This document shows positions 9,083 to 17,083 of a DNA stretch of 20,089 nucleotides, in pieces; the first letter of the stretch is position 1; each line of letters opens with the position of its first letter. The stretch comes from Bdellovibrionales bacterium (GTDB taxonomy: Bacteria > Bdellovibrionota > Bdellovibrionia > Bdellovibrionales > UBA840), in contig JBBKWS010000003.1 of assembly GCA_037969075.1 (NCBI GenBank), positions 1 through 20,089 of the forward strand, in the 5' to 3' direction. The notes under the pieces are model-generated. The model was not told the origin of the DNA. It was given only the letters and a program-made list of their open reading frames with translations, and did no database searches. The position numbers and the translations under genes are program-made.

Positions 9083-9358
9083 CTATAATGCTTTATAGGC
9101 ATCTTCGAGTTTATTGACGAATTCAGTGGCTGCTGCATACCACTGTTTAGCCTTTGGTATCTCATATTCAGCCTGTTCTGAAATCTCTGAAAACACTGAA
9201 AAACCGTAGGTTTTGCCTGAACCTTTTATTTGATGGAATAGCTGTATTACTTCCTCTTGCTTTTTCTCAGTGATTTTATTTCGAATTTCATGGATTTTAA
9301 AATGAAATGTGTCTAGATATTCAAATTTTAGTTTTTCCATAATTTCATTTATATTCAT
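9083..9358 (-). CDS. Stand-alone Hpt (histidine phosphotransfer) protein
   Basis: FHQIKGSGKTYGF matches the HxxKGS..xG Hpt motif; 91 aa helical protein; ATGA overlap with the kinase. Confidence 0.88.
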   Translation of the reverse strand: MNINEIMEKLKFEYLDTFHFKIHEIRNKITEKKQEEVIQLFHQIKGSGKTYGFSVFSEISEQAEYEIPKAKQWYAAATEFVNKLEDAYKAL

Positions 9359-10695
9359 GCAGCAGCATTCTCCTTGCTATCCATCTCATCGCGGTATTCA
9401 GGTATGGTAAAGTAGAATTCACTTCCTTTGCCTACCTCCGATATAACATTAATTTTTCCTTCATGTGCCTCAACCAATGCTTTGGCAATTGATAGTCCTA
9501 ATCCTGTGCCCTTTACTAGTGGACGGTCAGGGGAGCTGGCTTGCCTAAATTTTTGAAATATTTTTTGTTGATTTTCTTCACTAATGCCAGGGCCTTGATC
9601 TTTTATCCGAATAAAAACTTTACCCTCAAAGATATCTGTTTGTATAAAGACAGAGCCTTGTTCTGGTGTAAATTTCATAGCATTACTTAATAGGTTAACA
9701 AGTACTTGTTGAATTTTATCAGCATCTACATTTACTTCAATTTCAGGTGAATTAACAATCTGTATGTGGACATTAGCTTTTTCTTGTAATCCTTTTAAGC
9801 TTTCGACAGATGAAATAAGTATTTTATGCAATGAGACCCAAGATTTTTCTAAAAAATAATTCTTTGCTTCAATTTTTGCTAAGTCTAGAAAGTCGTTAAT
9901 CAATCGGATGAGTCTATTGGACTCTACTTCTGCGATGTCGATTAATTTTTTGACCTTGTCATTTAGGACGCCCATTCTTCCGCTCGAAATTAAGCCTAGA
10001 GACCCTTTTATGGAGGTCATAGGTGTTCTTAACTCGTGACTGACGATATTCATAAACTCAGATTTAGCTTGATCTAAGGCTTGTAGTTCTTCCATGTTTT
10101 TTATAACTTCTTCAGCCATCAATCGAAAAGATCTTTCTAGGTTTCCAATTTCATTATCTGGGGCTGTTGTAAAGCGATATGAATATGAGCCACTCATGAA
10201 ATCATTAATCTTTTGAGTTAAATGAGCAATGGGGTTTAACATCTTTTTTTGCATAGATCTTAAATATAAGAAGATGTTTAAGATTTGCAGAATAAGCGCG
10301 CCAAAAACAATTAAAAATATTTGATCGCTTTTAGCTTCAATCATTTTCTCGTTATGGCTTACGTAAATTTGCTCATAACTCATAAGCTCATGGTATCTTC
10401 GCTCAAGTATAGTTTTATTATTGCTGTTGTAAGCTTGTATAAAGTTACTAATGTGGTTCGCTCTATCTTGTATTAGCGAGTAGGCACGAGATTTTTGTAA
10501 TTCATAGCTAATTTTTTTTGAATATGGCTGAGTTCTAGCTTCAAATAATAATTTTGTTAACAGATTGTGACTATGTAAGCTATTTTTAGCGGAGACAATC
10601 TCTTTTGATAGGCTAAATGTGAAGTAAGTAGCGATTAGCATTAAGAATAATGCAACGTAGAACTGTAGCTGAAGTGATCTATAGATACTGTTCAT
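9355..10695 (-). CDS. Membrane sensor histidine kinase (2 TM, HAMP, HisKA, HATPase)
   Basis: NEIGNL HAMP; SHELRTPMTSI H-box; NLLSNAMKF; DQGPGI; FQKF; GTGLGL. Confidence 0.95.
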   Translation of the reverse strand: MNSIYRSLQLQFYVALFLMLIATYFTFSLSKEIVSAKNSLHSHNLLTKLLFEARTQPYSKKISYELQKSRAYSLIQDRANHISNFIQAYNSNNKTILERRYHELMSYEQIYVSHNEKMIEAKSDQIFLIVFGALILQILNIFLYLRSMQKKMLNPIAHLTQKINDFMSGSYSYRFTTAPDNEIGNLERSFRLMAEEVIKNMEELQALDQAKSEFMNIVSHELRTPMTSIKGSLGLISSGRMGVLNDKVKKLIDIAEVESNRLIRLINDFLDLAKIEAKNYFLEKSWVSLHKILISSVESLKGLQEKANVHIQIVNSPEIEVNVDADKIQQVLVNLLSNAMKFTPEQGSVFIQTDIFEGKVFIRIKDQGPGISEENQQKIFQKFRQASSPDRPLVKGTGLGLSIAKALVEAHEGKINVISEVGKGSEFYFTIPEYRDEMDSKENAAA

Positions 10696-11063
10696 TTATC
10701 GCTACTTTCTATGATCGCATCAATCTGAGCACATACTAAATTCGGATCGAAAGGTTTTTCTATGTAGCCAATGGCTCCTAGATCTTTTCCAGTTTTTTTT
10801 GAACCTTCGTCTGATTTTGCACTTAAAAAAATAATTGGCATATTGAGATTCAAGTCCATCTTCATTTTTTTACAAGTTTCGAATCCATCTAGTCTTGGCA
10901 TCATGCCATCCAGGATAACTAAATCAAAATCTTGTCTTTGAACTTGCTCCAGAGCGGCAACACCATCTTCTACGACAGTAACTTGATGATTACCAATTTG
11001 CTCTAATGTTATAGACATTATAGTTGAAATGTTAATATCATCTTCTGCTAATAAGATTTTCAT
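10692..11063 (-). CDS. Single-domain response regulator (CheY-like)
   Basis: MKILLAEDD, ILDGMMP, FLSA, KPF. Start moved to ATG 11063, which follows GAGG overlapping the upstream stop. Confidence 0.92.
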   Translation of the reverse strand: MKILLAEDDINISTIMSITLEQIGNHQVTVVEDGVAALEQVQRQDFDLVILDGMMPRLDGFETCKKMKMDLNLNMPIIFLSAKSDEGSKKTGKDLGAIGYIEKPFDPNLVCAQIDAIIESSDK

Positions 11064-11070
11064 TTTTTCC

Positions 11071-11766
11071 TCAGGCCACTTCGGATCTAGATTTCTTAAA
11101 GATCCAAGCTCGAATTTTTGACAAATCTTTTTCTTGAACACCTAAGAACTGCAATTTGATGTTATATGCATGTTCTTTTCTACTTTCAATACAGCTTAGA
11201 ACTTTCATTATGGGTTTATTTATTCCTATGTCATCAAACAGTGTGGTTTCTAAGTTTACCTTTAGGCCAATTGACATTTTCTCACTACAACCAAGCTCAA
11301 GACCAACTTCAGATAAGCTTAAGATCTCAATTTCAACAAGGAGCTTTGCTTTCGATAGAAGTTTAGCCGTTGCGAGTTGTACTGATGGGCTATCTACATT
11401 TTGATCTAATAAAATCTGATTTATTTTTTGAAGTAACAAAAAGGGATCTAGTGGTTTTACGATGTAGTCAGTGACGCCAAGTTTTACAGCAAGCTCTATG
11501 TCCTTTTTTTCTTTTCTTCCTGTTAAAAATGCGACAGGTATCGCCTTTAAATTTTGGGACTTTTTAATGGTTTGTAATAAATCAAAGCCACTATGCCTTG
11601 GCATGTTAGCGTCAGTAATAATAAGATCTATTTTTTTTGCATTTAGATGGTCTAATGCTTGCTCAGCATCCATAGCAGTAAATACAAAATGTCCTGCAGC
11701 GGACAAGACATGGGATCCTAGTTTAAGGATATCGCTGTCGTCATCAACTAAAAGTAAATTTGCCAT
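11071..11766 (-). CDS. Response regulator with C-terminal degenerate PilZ-like domain
   Basis: LLLVDDD, ITDANMP, FLT, KP receiver; C-terminal SLSEVG..IKLQF resembles the PilZ D/NxSxxG barrel without RxxxR. Start ATG 11766 after AGAGGGG. Confidence 0.85.
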   Translation of the reverse strand: MANLLLVDDDSDILKLGSHVLSAAGHFVFTAMDAEQALDHLNAKKIDLIITDANMPRHSGFDLLQTIKKSQNLKAIPVAFLTGRKEKKDIELAVKLGVTDYIVKPLDPFLLLQKINQILLDQNVDSPSVQLATAKLLSKAKLLVEIEILSLSEVGLELGCSEKMSIGLKVNLETTLFDDIGINKPIMKVLSCIESRKEHAYNIKLQFLGVQEKDLSKIRAWIFKKSRSEVA

Positions 11767-11783
11767 TATGACCCCTCTTATTT

Positions 11784-11810
11784 GTATCGGATTGGGATGA
11801 GTCATAGTAA
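11784..11810 (-). promoter_or_regulatory. Putative sigma28 (FliA) promoter of the phosphorelay operon
   Basis: Minus strand TTAC-N15-TCCGATAC versus consensus TAAA-N15-GCCGATAA. Confidence 0.45.
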
Positions 11811-11839
11811 AGCATGGAAATTGATTTATGGACTATAAT

Positions 11840-12154
11840 CTAGCTTTTAGGTGTGCCAATTGCTGTCTGTAACTCTCCGGCTTGAAACATCTCAAGTAGG
11901 ATATCACTACCGCCAACTAGCTCTTTACCAATGTAGAGTTGTGGTATCGTCGGCCAGTTACCGTAGGCCTTAATCCCTTCTCTGATTTCAGGATTCTCAA
12001 GCACATCTATATGATGAAAATCGGCGCCAATTTCTTTTAATATTGCTACTGCGCGGGCAGAAAAACCACACTGTGGAAATGAAGGATTACCCTTCATAAA
12101 TAATACGACTTTGTGAGCTTGTAAAATGTCTTCAATTTTTGCTTTAGTATCCAT
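11840..12154 (-). CDS. grxD: Monothiol glutaredoxin (CGFS type)
   Basis: LFMKG..PQCGFS, WPTIPQLYI, GGSDI. Confidence 0.96.
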   Translation of the reverse strand: MDTKAKIEDILQAHKVVLFMKGNPSFPQCGFSARAVAILKEIGADFHHIDVLENPEIREGIKAYGNWPTIPQLYIGKELVGGSDILLEMFQAGELQTAIGTPKS

Positions 12155-12165
12155 AGTTTTGATTC

Positions 12166-12393
12166 CTATATAGTTTTGGTTTTAATTGTAAGGGCATGTA
12201 GATCACCAGTAGCTAGCTCGGTCTGAAATACACCCATTACTTTTTGATGTTGCTGGATTCTAGTAAGGCCTTGAAATAACTGACTGGCGATTTCAATTTG
12301 AACTTTACTGGCATCACCTGACAGATCTACTACATTGATTGCAGCATTGGGAAAGTTTTCATGTAGGCGCTTTTCTATGTCTTGTATGTTCAT
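12166..12393 (-). CDS. bolA: BolA-family protein
   Basis: FQGLTRIQQHQKV..LHALTIKT; directly upstream of grxD, the canonical pairing. Confidence 0.92.
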   Translation of the reverse strand: MNIQDIEKRLHENFPNAAINVVDLSGDASKVQIEIASQLFQGLTRIQQHQKVMGVFQTELATGDLHALTIKTKTI

Positions 12394-12542
12394 GACCTAT
12401 ATATAAACAAAAAGCCTCACTTTATCTATAAGTTTGTAAAAAAGTTTTTCATAAAAGTGATCTTTAGGTTTTTGGGCGAAATAATGGAAAAAAAATCGAC
12501 GAAATTCCTCAAAGAAACTCTAAGTATGAGGCTTTTTATCCT

Positions 12543-12569
12543 TAAACTTTCGTCTAGTCTTGACGATTA
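12543..12569 (+). promoter_or_regulatory. Putative sigma28 (FliA) promoter
   Basis: TAAA-N15-GACGATTA, followed by SD AAGGAG and ATG 12592. Confidence 0.55.
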
Positions 12570-12591
12570 GCATTATGGGTAAGGAGCGTAT

Positions 12592-13626
12592 ATGAATAGG
12601 CGTTTAATAGGACCGATACTTATGATTTCCCTGGGTGTAAACCTTCTGTTTGGATATCAGAATTGTGGTCAGGTTGATCCGGCATTCGTGTTTAATGAAG
12701 ATAACAAGTCTGAAAAAACGACTGATGTAGCAGATGCTACGGTTGTCCCAATGCCACAAAAGAAAGTTAAGCCGTATGTGTATGTTTCAAAAGTTAAGGT
12801 AACAAAAAGTGAATTGACTAGATTTCAAAGAAGCGTCAAATATGATTTTAATCTAGAGTTCAGATTGAAATACACTACTCAGTATATAGGTGTTGAGCCA
12901 GTACTAGTAAAGCCGCTACAAATTCTAGATTCTAAAAACAATACTCTAGCGAAGTTAGCTTTAGATGATGTGGAGTTTTTAGAGAAAGAATGTATAGAAT
13001 CTATTGATAAAAATCAACAGACTTACTTTGACTGTCATTATTTGATGAAAGTTAGTAAGGGCTTAGATGTTGCGGCTACCAGTGCTATTAAACAAAAATA
13101 CAAAATTGAAAACTCTAAGAAAGGCATAGAATTTGAGTTAGTTAATAGAGGAAAAACAATTGCTAGTAAGCAGTTTAAAACATCTATTAACTATATTGAT
13201 AAATATGTCGCTCAGGTAAAATATACTGCAAAAAAAGCAAAAGCTAGGTTACCGAAGGTGGCGGTTAAGGTGAAATCTAAATCTAAAGGAAAGTCAGTGG
13301 CTCTTGATACTAAACCTGCAAAAAAATTATCATTAAAGAAAAAGATGATTGAGCCTGAGGTGAAGTTGGTAGAAGGAGTTTATTGCCATATTAAAGTTTT
13401 AAACCCACCACACCTTGAAATCCTTTCGGATGTTAAAAAAGTGGGGACTTACTACGAGGATGCGGAGACTTGCAGAGAGGTGGCTATTAAATTATCTAAA
13501 ACCTATTGCAGTCATTCATTGATGGGTGAAATCGATATTAACTGGAGCCTAAAAGATAAACGACAAGAGGGTGAAAAAGTCCTAGATAAGAATATAGAGA
13601 GTATAGAGTGTGCCGGTTTAAATTAA
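12592..13626 (+). CDS. Hypothetical lipoprotein with a Bdellovibrio-type F/YQNC N-terminal motif
   Basis: Signal peptide ending LFGYQNC; internal Lys-rich linker; C-terminal domain with 4 Cys. Confidence 0.8.
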   Translation: MNRRLIGPILMISLGVNLLFGYQNCGQVDPAFVFNEDNKSEKTTDVADATVVPMPQKKVKPYVYVSKVKVTKSELTRFQRSVKYDFNLEFRLKYTTQYIGVEPVLVKPLQILDSKNNTLAKLALDDVEFLEKECIESIDKNQQTYFDCHYLMKVSKGLDVAATSAIKQKYKIENSKKGIEFELVNRGKTIASKQFKTSINYIDKYVAQVKYTAKKAKARLPKVAVKVKSKSKGKSVALDTKPAKKLSLKKKMIEPEVKLVEGVYCHIKVLNPPHLEILSDVKKVGTYYEDAETCREVAIKLSKTYCSHSLMGEIDINWSLKDKRQEGEKVLDKNIESIECAGLN

Positions 13627-13700
13627 GCTGAGGGGCTTCTTTCCTTCGTATAATTAGTATAAACCAATAAAATGCCTTTAAATAAAGCAAGAACTAGTGT

Positions 13701-13722
13701 AGTAATCCATTAATGGATTACT
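13701..13722. repeat. Perfect 22-bp palindrome covering the HNH start codon
   Basis: AGTAATCCATTAATGGATTACT equals its own reverse complement; the ATG is at 13713-13715. Confidence 0.9.
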
Positions 13723-14009
13723 TTATAGCAGCACCTACAGATCATATAAAAAAACAGCGAAATATAGCAAGAGAGCTCAGGCAGACCCAGTGGTGGAAGC
13801 AAAAGCTTGGCTTGGGTATCTGCTACTATTGTGAGATGAAATTTACTAAAGAAGAACTTAGCATGGACCACGTTGTAGCATTGGCTCGTGGCGGATTTTC
13901 AACAAAGTCGAATATAGTTGTGTGCTGTAAGGATTGTAACAGCAAAAAAAAATATTTCACTCCCGCTGAGTTGGAGCTACAAAAGCTGTCTACTAGAGAA
14001 ACAGAATAA
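13713..14009 (+). CDS. Small stand-alone HNH endonuclease (zinc-binding)
   Basis: CYYC..MDHVV.LARGG.STKSN.V.CCKDCN: HNH core with two CxxC pairs. Confidence 0.88.
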   Translation: MDYFIAAPTDHIKKQRNIARELRQTQWWKQKLGLGICYYCEMKFTKEELSMDHVVALARGGFSTKSNIVVCCKDCNSKKKYFTPAELELQKLSTRETE

Positions 14010-14124
14010 AACCAAACTGCTCATCTCGTTAGCAACTAGTGTTTGAAACATCATTACCGCTTGCCAAGAATCAAAAATGCCCGCTTAATGAAAATTGCTA
14101 TCTATTTTCTGTAAGGGGTTGAAA

Positions 14125-15912
14125 TTGTCACAACAAAAGATTGTATCTAGTAGTACGGCAGAATATTTTGCAAAAAATCTACAGCAAGTAGGTTTTTCAT
14201 CGCCTACAAAAGCCGTGTTAACAACTTTGAAAGAAGCTGTGGATAACTCACTAGATGCGTGTGAATCAGCTGGTATTTTACCCGAAATAATTATCTCAAT
14301 ACAAAAAGTAGGCACTGGTTCACAAAAAAATACTGATTTAGTTGAAGTGACAGTTGAAGACAATGGCCCGGGGATTGATCCAGATGATTTAGCTCGTGTT
14401 TATGGAGAGTACCTTGCGTCATCCAAATTTGGAAAAGGGCAGTGTTCGCGTGGACAACAGGGTATTGGTATTTCTGCGGCCACCACTTGGGCGCAATTAA
14501 CGAATGCAAAAGGTGTTGTGGTAACGTCTAAGACAAAGCGCATGAGAAAAGCTCTTCGTGGAATTATTAACGTAGATATTAAAAGCAACCGGGGAATGTT
14601 GATCAACAAAGAGATGATTGATTGGCATAAAGAACATGGCAATCGAGTTGAATTTACTATAGATGGTAGAATTCAATTAAATGGTGAGGGTGGTGTGTTA
14701 ACCTATTTGGAGGGTACTACCTTATTGAACCCTCATATGACCCTTCGTTATAAACTTGTGGGTGGAGATGAAGTTGTTGCTGAGCGAGTTACACAAGATG
14801 CACCATTGATACCACCACCAGCTGATCCGCATCCTCATACGATGAAATTAGGTGAGTTTATGACTCATGCCCATTTATTTGGAAATATTAAACTAAGCAA
14901 GTGGTTACGCACGGGTTTCTCGCGGGTATCAGAAAGTTCACTTAAAGAATTTACTAAAAATGGTCTTAAAAAAAATGTGTTAGATCAGTCATTACAAAAA
15001 GTATCAGAAGAAGAATTTAAAAAGGCATATTCAGCCATTCAAAAAACTGATTTGATGGCTCCTAGCACGAAATCTGTATTAACTATTGGAGAAGAAGCTT
15101 TAGCTAAAAGCATACAAAGATTAGGCGAAGTGGACTTCTTTTCAGTAGTTACCAGAAAACCTCGTATTTGTGATTTTAAGCCAGTTGTCGTTGAAGTAGC
15201 TATAGCTAGATTTATCCAAAAGCAAAGTGGCGAAGATAGTGATGAGCCAGTTAGACTTTTACGATTTGCTAACCGAGTTCCATTACAATTTGATAAAGGT
15301 AACTGCGCTATAACAAAAGCAATTGAATCTGTGAACTGGAGAGCTTACGGCTTAAATCAACCTAGGAATGCATTACCTAGAGGGAATTTTGTGTTCGCAA
15401 TCAGTGTAGTATCTCCATTTATTAAGTTTAAGAATGCTTCAAAAGAAACAATTGATGCCAGCGATGAATTGGTTGAAGAATTGCGTCGTGCGCTTATGCA
15501 GGCTGGGCAAAATCTTTCTCGACATATTAAACGAGAGATGAAGGCTGCAGATGTTGAAAGAAAGAAATCACATATTGAAAAGTTTGGCCCAATACTCGTG
15601 GACACATTGGCGAGAATCGTTGGTGCCAATGATAAGCGTCGTAAAAAAGCGATGGATGGTCTGGATGTAATTTTAGGACGTGATACAGAGAGAATTGAGG
15701 AAGCGCTAGAAGTAGCTGAAACAAGACTTCAAAATATGAAAGATAAAAATGCTCACATACATGGTGACGATGAAGACTCTGCGACTGATTCAGAATCTAA
15801 TGAGAGCAAAGTAACTAAAAAAGCTACGAAAAAAGCCACAAAAAAAGTAGCTAAAAAGACAGTAAAGAAAACAGCAAAAAAACCGGCGAAGGCAGTCGCT
15901 AAAAAGAAATAG
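14125..15912 (+). CDS. top6B: DNA topoisomerase VI subunit B with acidic patch and Lys-rich C-terminal tail
   Basis: GHKL motifs KEAVDNSLDA, DNGPG, SSKF..SRGQQGIGIS; YLEGTTLLNPH; transducer RFANRVPL. Start TTG 14125 follows AAGGGG (ORF track start 14095). Confidence 0.95.
   Translation: MSQQKIVSSSTAEYFAKNLQQVGFSSPTKAVLTTLKEAVDNSLDACESAGILPEIIISIQKVGTGSQKNTDLVEVTVEDNGPGIDPDDLARVYGEYLASSKFGKGQCSRGQQGIGISAATTWAQLTNAKGVVVTSKTKRMRKALRGIINVDIKSNRGMLINKEMIDWHKEHGNRVEFTIDGRIQLNGEGGVLTYLEGTTLLNPHMTLRYKLVGGDEVVAERVTQDAPLIPPPADPHPHTMKLGEFMTHAHLFGNIKLSKWLRTGFSRVSESSLKEFTKNGLKKNVLDQSLQKVSEEEFKKAYSAIQKTDLMAPSTKSVLTIGEEALAKSIQRLGEVDFFSVVTRKPRICDFKPVVVEVAIARFIQKQSGEDSDEPVRLLRFANRVPLQFDKGNCAITKAIESVNWRAYGLNQPRNALPRGNFVFAISVVSPFIKFKNASKETIDASDELVEELRRALMQAGQNLSRHIKREMKAADVERKKSHIEKFGPILVDTLARIVGANDKRRKKAMDGLDVILGRDTERIEEALEVAETRLQNMKDKNAHIHGDDEDSATDSESNESKVTKKATKKATKKVAKKTVKKTAKKPAKAVAKKK
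15808..15909 (+). repeat. Degenerate 12-bp (KKxx) repeats encoding an H1-like tail of Top6B
   Basis: Translates to KVTKKATKKATKKVAKKTVKKTAKKPAKAVAKKK. Confidence 0.85.
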
Positions 15913-15920
15913 AGGGTTTT

Positions 15921-17081
15921 ATGGCAAGGTCAGCATCTAATTTTTCAACAAATGATATTATTAAAGAATCAAAGCGTCTTTGTGACTCTATGTTGTCAGA
16001 CCTAGAGGGTGCAAAACGGCCTGTACTCGAGGCTATTAAGTGTTCTTTAGATAACTCTATCTATAATCCTAGTGTCGGTTACTTAACTCCGGGTGATAAA
16101 AGGGTTCGGACGGAGCTCAATGTTTCTTCTGTGCAAAAACTTTCTCGTACGGCTTTTATGCTAGAAATTTTACTAAGAAACTTAGGCTCTGGTCAGGTAA
16201 ATACTAAAAGAGAGCTTTATTATATCTCTAAAGGTATGGTTAAGAACGAGAAAGAATTAAAAGTTTTAGACTTTGATGATCAGGTAGAAAGTGATGCTAT
16301 TGTTGATTTTATCTCTGATATGCTAGAAGTTTACCGTGAAGAGCTGAATTGTTTTGCCAATGACCGCGGTGGACAGACCTATTCTAAAGAGTTGATAGTC
16401 ACTGAGACATTACCAAATGGTAAAATAGCTACTATTGACTTAGGTAGTTTAGGTACAGCGCCATTTCAGCCTAAAAACAAACCTCAAAATTTAAAACTAA
16501 AATCTAGAAAAAAAATTGAGTTCGGTTTAATCGTTGAATCTGAAGGTACGGCCAATACTTTAGTAGCTAATGGTTTTACAGAAAGAAACAAATGTATAGT
16601 AATCGGTGCTCAAGGTGTTCCTAGTAACGGAGTAAGAGGTTGGGCACAATTGATTCAGAATGAATTAAAAATCCCGCTTTATTTTTTCGGTGATCTGGAT
16701 GCGTACACTCTACAAAATATCTACCGTACATTGCGCGCGGGCTCTGCGGCTTCATTGATTAGAAATAAAGATTTCTCAGCTCCATCGGTGAGATTTTTGG
16801 GCGTTTTGCCTGAAGATGTTACTAAATACGATTTGCATTTTTATGATGTTAATGAGAGAGATGCCGGCGAATCTAGAGCTATTAAGAAAGCACAGGATGC
16901 TTTAAAGAACGATCCATTTTTCTTAGATAAAAAAAATAAGAAGTTAGCGGCCATTTTACATTGGTTGGTAAAAGAGAAAAAGCGTTGTGAGCAGCAGGCA
17001 TTTTGGATGGTGGACCCTAAAGATCCACAAGCACCAGAAAAAATCATATTAGATAAAATTCGTAAAGGCTCTTGGGTCTAA
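15921..17081 (+). CDS. top6A: DNA topoisomerase VI subunit A (Spo11 homologue)
   Basis: TKRELYY catalytic-Tyr motif; TOPRIM IVESEG and FGDLD; G.P; CEQQA; 8 nt after top6B with SD GAGG. Confidence 0.93.
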   Translation: MARSASNFSTNDIIKESKRLCDSMLSDLEGAKRPVLEAIKCSLDNSIYNPSVGYLTPGDKRVRTELNVSSVQKLSRTAFMLEILLRNLGSGQVNTKRELYYISKGMVKNEKELKVLDFDDQVESDAIVDFISDMLEVYREELNCFANDRGGQTYSKELIVTETLPNGKIATIDLGSLGTAPFQPKNKPQNLKLKSRKKIEFGLIVESEGTANTLVANGFTERNKCIVIGAQGVPSNGVRGWAQLIQNELKIPLYFFGDLDAYTLQNIYRTLRAGSAASLIRNKDFSAPSVRFLGVLPEDVTKYDLHFYDVNERDAGESRAIKKAQDALKNDPFFLDKKNKKLAAILHWLVKEKKRCEQQAFWMVDPKDPQAPEKIILDKIRKGSWV

Positions 17082-17083
17082 GT

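Noticed and set aside
11840..12393. bolA-grxD as a novel system
   Set aside because: Well-known conserved Fe-S trafficking pair.
12382..12570. 62-aa ORF across the bolA-lipoprotein gap
   Set aside because: Overlaps the bolA start and a promoter, has no SD, and has AT-driven low-complexity composition.
15921..17081. Top6A as a Wadjet JetD or other defence nuclease, or as Topo VIII
   Set aside because: No SMC/jetABC genes nearby; it is paired with a full separate Top6B in canonical Topo VI form.
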